Assembly: GCA_035473835.1 (NCBI GenBank)
Contig: DATINX010000046.1
Span: 1-49,063, forward strand
Length of the DNA: 49,063 bases
Source: Candidatus Dormiibacterota bacterium
GTDB taxonomy: Bacteria; Chloroflexota; Dormibacteria; Dormibacterales; Dormibacteraceae
Direction: 5' to 3'
Shown here: one piece after another, positions 45,035-49,063 of the stretch
Numbering within the stretch: position 1 is the first letter of the stretch
How the letters are laid out: the number at the start of each line of letters is the position of its first letter
Position numbers and translations under genes: made by a program
The notes under the pieces: model-generated
The model's input: the letters and a program-made list of their open reading frames with translations, nothing else
Databases searched by the model: none
Told to the model about the DNA's origin: nothing

Positions 45035-45940
45035 TTAATCGGCCGCGGAGTTCAAGGGAGCCAGGGCTCTCAGCTCGGGTAGATATGGCACGGACCGGTC
45101 CTTGGTGATCAGGTTGAGGACGACCTGGTCGGCCCCGGCGCTGAGCAGGCCGTTGACTCGTTCGCGAACCGTCGCGACCTCACCCCACGCCACGACCGCA
45201 TCGAAGAGCTCATCCGACCCAGGGGGCTCGAGCTGTTGCGGCGCCCAACCCAACCGGATCAGGTTGTTCCGGTAGTTCTCCGTGCGGAGGTATTGGCTCG
45301 TATGCAGGTCGCCAATCGCCCGCGCCTCCGCCCGGGCGGTCGCCAGCACCACCGGCAGATCAGCTGCCAAGAACAGCTCCGGGCCAAGCTGCTTTCGGAC
45401 CTGCCCGATGTGCTCGGTCGTCGTGAAATAGGGGTAGGCGCCCGCGGTCCGCTCCGCCGCCAGCGCAACCATTTTGGGTCCGAGGGCCGCGAGGACGATC
45501 GGCGGCATTGGCGCCTCGGGGCCTCGCCAGACGGCCTTCTCCATGCGATCCAGGTATTCCCGCATCGCGGAGACCGGTCGGGCGTAGTCGTGCCCCCGCG
45601 ACGCGACCATCGGGGCATGGCTGACGCCCAGGCCCAGGATGAATCGATCGGGCCACGCCTCGGCTATCGCGCGCCCTCCGGCGGCCATCGCCATCGGGTC
45701 GCGCGCCCAGATGTTGGCGATCCCGCTGGCGACCATCAGGCGCGAGGTGGCGCTGAGAAAGATCGAGGCCTGCGCGAACGCCTCCCGCGCCATGGACTCG
45801 CCGTACCACAGAGTGCCGTAACCCAGCTTCTCGATCTCGCGGGCGACCTCTCGCTGCACGGTGGCAGGCTGGTTCCCGAGGGCACCGGAGAAGACGCCGA
45901 TCCGGCCCGGCTTGATGCCGCCCAACCGAGACAGGCTCAC
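45035..45940 (-). CDS. LLM-class F420-dependent oxidoreductase
   Basis: 301 aa with IGVFSGAL...EIEKLGYGTLWYGES...FILGLGVSH...ERTAGAYPYFTT, the luciferase-like monooxygenase pattern. GTGA overlap with the glgM stop. Confidence 0.8.
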   Translation of the reverse strand: MSLSRLGGIKPGRIGVFSGALGNQPATVQREVAREIEKLGYGTLWYGESMAREAFAQASIFLSATSRLMVASGIANIWARDPMAMAAGGRAIAEAWPDRFILGLGVSHAPMVASRGHDYARPVSAMREYLDRMEKAVWRGPEAPMPPIVLAALGPKMVALAAERTAGAYPYFTTTEHIGQVRKQLGPELFLAADLPVVLATARAEARAIGDLHTSQYLRTENYRNNLIRLGWAPQQLEPPGSDELFDAVVAWGEVATVRERVNGLLSAGADQVVLNLITKDRSVPYLPELRALAPLNSAAD

Positions 45941-47145
45941 GTGGCTTTAGCTGACAGCAGGCGGTCGTAGAGATCAGCGGTCTGCATGGCAATGGCCGGC
46001 CAGCCGAAGTGTTGCAAGACCCGCTGCCGGCCCGCCTTCCCCATCTTCTCGGCAAGGGCCTGATTGCTCATCAATTCATCGATCCTGGCGGCCAGGCCGC
46101 TCGTAAAAGACTCGGTGTCATTCGGGTCGTAGTCGACGAGGTAGCCGGTCTCTCCGTCGACGACGATTTCAGGGATTCCGCCGACCCGCGACGCCACCAC
46201 GGCGGTCTCGCATGCCATCGCCTCGAGGTTCACCAGTCCGAAGGGTTCGTATATGGAGGGGCACACGAACACGGTGGCGCTGGAGTGCAAGTGGATCAAG
46301 TCTTCCAGGGGGATGAAGTGATCGATCCAAACGAAGTTCCCGCGCTCCGTTCGAACTTGCTCCGCCAGGGTGCCGACCTCGGCCGCAATTTCGGGCGTGT
46401 CCGGGCTGCTGGCGACGATCACAAGCTGGTGGCGCAGGTCGAGCTTGAGAGCCGCGGCCAGAAGCAGCTGCACCCCCTTTTGACGGGTCATGCGGCCGTT
46501 GAAGAAGACGAACGGCCTGTTGGGGTCGACACCCAACCTGATGAGCGTCTCGTCCGACGGCCGGCGCCGATAGATATCCGCATCGATTCCGTTGTGAATT
46601 ACGTGGATGCGCTCCGGGTTGACCTTCGGGTAGCAATCGATCACGTCCAGGCGCACGCCATGAGAGACTGCGATCACGGCGTCCGCCGCTTCGACCGAGG
46701 TTTGCTCACAGAAAGTGGACAGCGCGTACCCGCCGCCGAGCTGCTCAGCTTTCCACGGCCTCAGTGGTTCGAGGCTGTGAATGGTGATCACGTGCGGCAT
46801 CGACCACATCAATTTCGACAGGTGGCCTCCGAGATTCGCGTACCAGGTATGGCTGTGCACCAGATCCATGCCTTTGACGGCGCCCGCCATTGCCAGGTTG
46901 ATGGACATCGCCTGCAGCGCCGCCGACTCGGGCTTCGGTTCCGACAGCGCGGTCCAGGGCTGATGGTTGAATACGCCGGGCTCATCTCGTGGCGGACCCC
47001 AGCAGTGGACCGAGACGTCCACAAGCCGGCGCAGCTCGCGAGACAGGAATTCCACATGCACCCCGGCGCCTCCATAGACCTCCGGTGGGTACTCACGAGT
47101 CAGCAGCGCGACCTTAGGCCGGCTCTCGTTCGCGATCGGCATCAC
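45937..47145 (-). CDS. glgM: GT4 alpha-maltose-1-phosphate synthase / Corynebacterium-type glycogen synthase
   Basis: VALLTREYPPEVYGGAGVHV..., HSHTWYANLGGHL, and HSLEPLRPWKAEQLGGGY closely match my recollection of mycobacterial GlgM (Rv1212c). Confidence 0.8.
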   Translation of the reverse strand: MMPIANESRPKVALLTREYPPEVYGGAGVHVEFLSRELRRLVDVSVHCWGPPRDEPGVFNHQPWTALSEPKPESAALQAMSINLAMAGAVKGMDLVHSHTWYANLGGHLSKLMWSMPHVITIHSLEPLRPWKAEQLGGGYALSTFCEQTSVEAADAVIAVSHGVRLDVIDCYPKVNPERIHVIHNGIDADIYRRRPSDETLIRLGVDPNRPFVFFNGRMTRQKGVQLLLAAALKLDLRHQLVIVASSPDTPEIAAEVGTLAEQVRTERGNFVWIDHFIPLEDLIHLHSSATVFVCPSIYEPFGLVNLEAMACETAVVASRVGGIPEIVVDGETGYLVDYDPNDTESFTSGLAARIDELMSNQALAEKMGKAGRQRVLQHFGWPAIAMQTADLYDRLLSAKAT

Positions 47146-47186
47146 AAGCTCAAGCTTGTCATGTTGCGGCCCGCCGGCCTAGTGCC

Positions 47187-48107
47187 GTGATCGTCGTTTG
47201 CGGCGAAGCGCTGATCGACGTGATCCACAGCGTTGACGGCACGCAGAGGACGGCGCCCGGAGGGGGAGCGTTCAACACGGCGCGGGCGCTCGCCCGCCTC
47301 GGCGTGCCGACCGCATTTCTAGGACGGCTCTCAGATGATGCGTTCGGGGCTCAGCTGGCCGGCTTGCTTGCCTCGGACGGCGTGCGGCTGGAGCTGGCGC
47401 CCGTCGGGCCAGAACCGACGACGACCGCCCTGGCCGAGCTGGACCGCCTGGGCTCCGCCGAATACGAGTTCTTGGTGCATGGGACGTCGGCGCCGAACTT
47501 CACGCCCGACATGCTTCCCGCACATCTCGGCGCCGACGTCGCCGCCCTCCACCTTGGTTCGCTGGGACTCGTGCTGGAGCCGATGGCTGACACCCTCGTC
47601 GAGTTGGCCCACCGTGAACGCGAGGGCCGTCTGCTGATGCTCGACCCCAACATCCGGATCGGGCTGGCGCCTGAAAGCGACCACCGCAATCGCGTCTACG
47701 ACGTGATCTCGCAAAGCACCATAGTAAAAGCCAGCGAGGGCGATCTGGCCTGGCTTTACCGCGGCCTCAACTACGAGCGCGCCGCCGATCGGATGCTGAG
47801 CGAGGGTGTGCCGATGGTCGTCGTGACGCGTGGGGCCCAAGGTGCTTTCGGCGCCAACCGCAGCTTCCGCATCGCCGTCGACGCTCCGCAAGTCGATGTC
47901 GTCGACACCATTGGCGCCGGCGATGCCTTCGGGGCCGCCCTGCTGGCATGGTTGCACGACCACGGTGCCGTCCGCCCCGACCTTTGCCTCGAGGAGGAAG
48001 AGCTCAAAGAAGCGCTCGACTTCGCGTGCCTGGCGGCGGCGCTGACGTGCACGCGGCCAGGAGCCGATCCACCATGGAAATGGGAGATGGCCGCCCGGCC
48101 CACCTGA
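47187..48107 (+). CDS. PfkB-family carbohydrate kinase (fructokinase-like)
   Basis: 306 aa beginning (M)IVVCGEALIDV, with GGGAFNTARALARLG and DTIGAGDAF. GTG start. Confidence 0.85.
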   Translation: MIVVCGEALIDVIHSVDGTQRTAPGGGAFNTARALARLGVPTAFLGRLSDDAFGAQLAGLLASDGVRLELAPVGPEPTTTALAELDRLGSAEYEFLVHGTSAPNFTPDMLPAHLGADVAALHLGSLGLVLEPMADTLVELAHREREGRLLMLDPNIRIGLAPESDHRNRVYDVISQSTIVKASEGDLAWLYRGLNYERAADRMLSEGVPMVVVTRGAQGAFGANRSFRIAVDAPQVDVVDTIGAGDAFGAALLAWLHDHGAVRPDLCLEEEELKEALDFACLAAALTCTRPGADPPWKWEMAARPT

Positions 48108-48116
48108 GGCCCTAAG

Positions 48117-48671
48117 TCAGCCTCGCTTGAACGCACATGTGGTGAGGTGGTCGTCGACGATGCCCGCCGACTGCAGCATCGCATAGACGATCGTCGACCC
48201 GACGAACGTGAATGCGCGCCGCTTGAGCTCTTTGCTGATCCGGTCGGACAGGTCGGTCTTGGCGGGAATATCGGCGAGGGAGCGCGGCCGGTTGACGATC
48301 GGGGTTCCGTCGACCCAGTTCCATAGATATGTCGCAAACGACCCGAATTCGGCCTGGACGCGCACGAATGCCTGGGCATTGGTCCGGGTGCTCTGGATCT
48401 TCAGGCGGTTCCGGATGATGCCCGGATCCTGAAGAAGCTTGTCGAGCCGGCGGTCTGTGAGCCGTGCCACGCCGGCCGGGTCGAAATTTGCGAAGGCACG
48501 CCGGTAACCATCACGGCGGTTGAGGATCGTGGCCCACGAGAGCCCGGCCTGGGCGCCTTCGAGGGTCAGCATTTCGAAGAGGTGGCTGTCGTCGTGCGAC
48601 GGGATGCCCCATTCGTTGTCGTGGTAGTCGCGCATCGCCTGTGAGCTGTCGGCCCACGGGCACCTTCTTAT
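48117..48671 (-). CDS. tag: DNA-3-methyladenine glycosylase I; start codon problem
   Basis: The ORF-track protein starts at MRDYHDNEWG (ATG 48635). In-frame upstream codons read ATA AGA AGG TGC CCG TGG ... = (I)RRCPWADSSQA, matching the conserved Tag N-terminus (E. coli MERCGW), which carries the zinc-ligand Cys. There is no ATG/GTG/TTG between the upstream in-frame TGA (48707-48705) and 48635. Confidence 0.8.
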   Translation of the reverse strand: MRRCPWADSSQAMRDYHDNEWGIPSHDDSHLFEMLTLEGAQAGLSWATILNRRDGYRRAFANFDPAGVARLTDRRLDKLLQDPGIIRNRLKIQSTRTNAQAFVRVQAEFGSFATYLWNWVDGTPIVNRPRSLADIPAKTDLSDRISKELKRRAFTFVGSTIVYAMLQSAGIVDDHLTTCAFKRG

Positions 48672-48687
48672 GTCTGCTGGCGAAGGA

Positions 48688-49062
48688 TCACGCCTCCACT
48701 GATGTCAGCAGATCCCACAGCGCCTCCGAAATCACCGCCGCCGCGCCCTCGGAGCCGTCCGAGCAGAGGGCTCGAATCTCGGCCGCGTGCTCGACGTCGA
48801 GATGCTGGTGGACCGCGAAGTATTCGCCGCCATCATCGCGGCCGATCCCGTAGAACGCCGACAAGCCGGCCAGCTTGGCTCCAGCGACTGCGGGTGTTTG
48901 CACCTCGAGCGCCCAGACTACAGGCGCAGCTTCGCCCCTCGCCACCAACTCGTCGCCGCGGCGGATGAGCTCCGCTGTAGCCGCGTTGGCCGGCGTCGAG
49001 AGAATCGCGTCCGCGCTCAAACCCAGGGCTTCGCCAAACTTGTTCCAGAGCGCAACGTGTGA
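48688..49062 (-). CDS. Heme-oxygenase-like / TenA-PqqC-type protein, 3' part only (the gene starts beyond the right edge)
   Basis: The frame is open to the window edge: SHVALWNKFGEALGLSADAILSTPANAAT...YFAVHQHLDVEHA. The family call is tentative. Confidence 0.5.
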   Translation of the reverse strand, partial: SHVALWNKFGEALGLSADAILSTPANAATAELIRRGDELVARGEAAPVVWALEVQTPAVAGAKLAGLSAFYGIGRDDGGEYFAVHQHLDVEHAAEIRALCSDGSEGAAAVISEALWDLLTSVEA

Positions 49063-49063
49063 C

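Overview
This is a visibly GC-rich (about two-thirds G+C by eye), densely coding bacterial chromosomal segment with about 60 protein genes. I saw no rRNA or tRNA genes, CRISPR array, transposase, integrase or phage genes. Several features suggest an Actinomycetota-like genome (inference only): an F420-type LLM oxidoreductase, a GlgM-type GT4, LMW-PTP-type ArsC proteins, many GTG/TTG starts, and frequent ATGA/GTGA/TTGA start-stop overlaps.

Main blocks:
- 1-6178 (minus): a complete adenine-to-allantoin purine catabolic operon.
- 6256-8536: an EamA transporter divergent from dinB, with an SOS-box-like palindrome.
- 8606-13895 (minus): five tightly coupled but functionally unrelated genes (GH63, RibD_C-like, DJ-1/PfpI, YjbQ, sulfite-oxidase-like).
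- 14072-17763: small regulators and redox enzymes.
- 18328-22107 (minus): ftsE-ftsX, a coiled-coil M23 peptidase, then a GH25/DUF1906-like secreted protein.
- 22233-28430: miscellaneous genes (LURP-one-like, membrane proteins, VOC, MFS, PaiB, Tat-exported ferritin-like protein, Zn-ADH).
- 28513-35574 (minus): ftsH, hydrolase, trpB2, small ORF, HAD, tetR, SDR.
- 36061-43740: a cluster rich in ArsR-family regulators, SRPBCC/Aha1, VOC and YciI proteins, and two LMW-PTP/ArsC-like proteins.
- 43772-49063: GT-C membrane glycosyltransferase, F420 LLM, glgM, PfkB kinase, tag, and a partial TenA/PqqC-like gene.

I did not find a convincing defence-type or otherwise clearly new multi-gene system. The most unusual observations are:
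- Two genes (tag and a LURP-one-like gene) whose conserved N-termini lie upstream of any ATG/GTG/TTG, each with an ATA at the expected initiation position.
- An ArsR HTH fused to an LMW-PTP/ArsC domain, next to a second ArsC-like paralog, with no arsenite pump nearby.
- Split and fused ArsR-SRPBCC modules in the same window, each with an AT-rich palindrome.
- A 20-nt intergenic motif present three times, one copy adjoining a 2 x 20 bp tandem repeat.
- FtsEX translationally coupled to an apparently catalytically intact M23 peptidase.

All family assignments come from reading the translations. No database search was possible.
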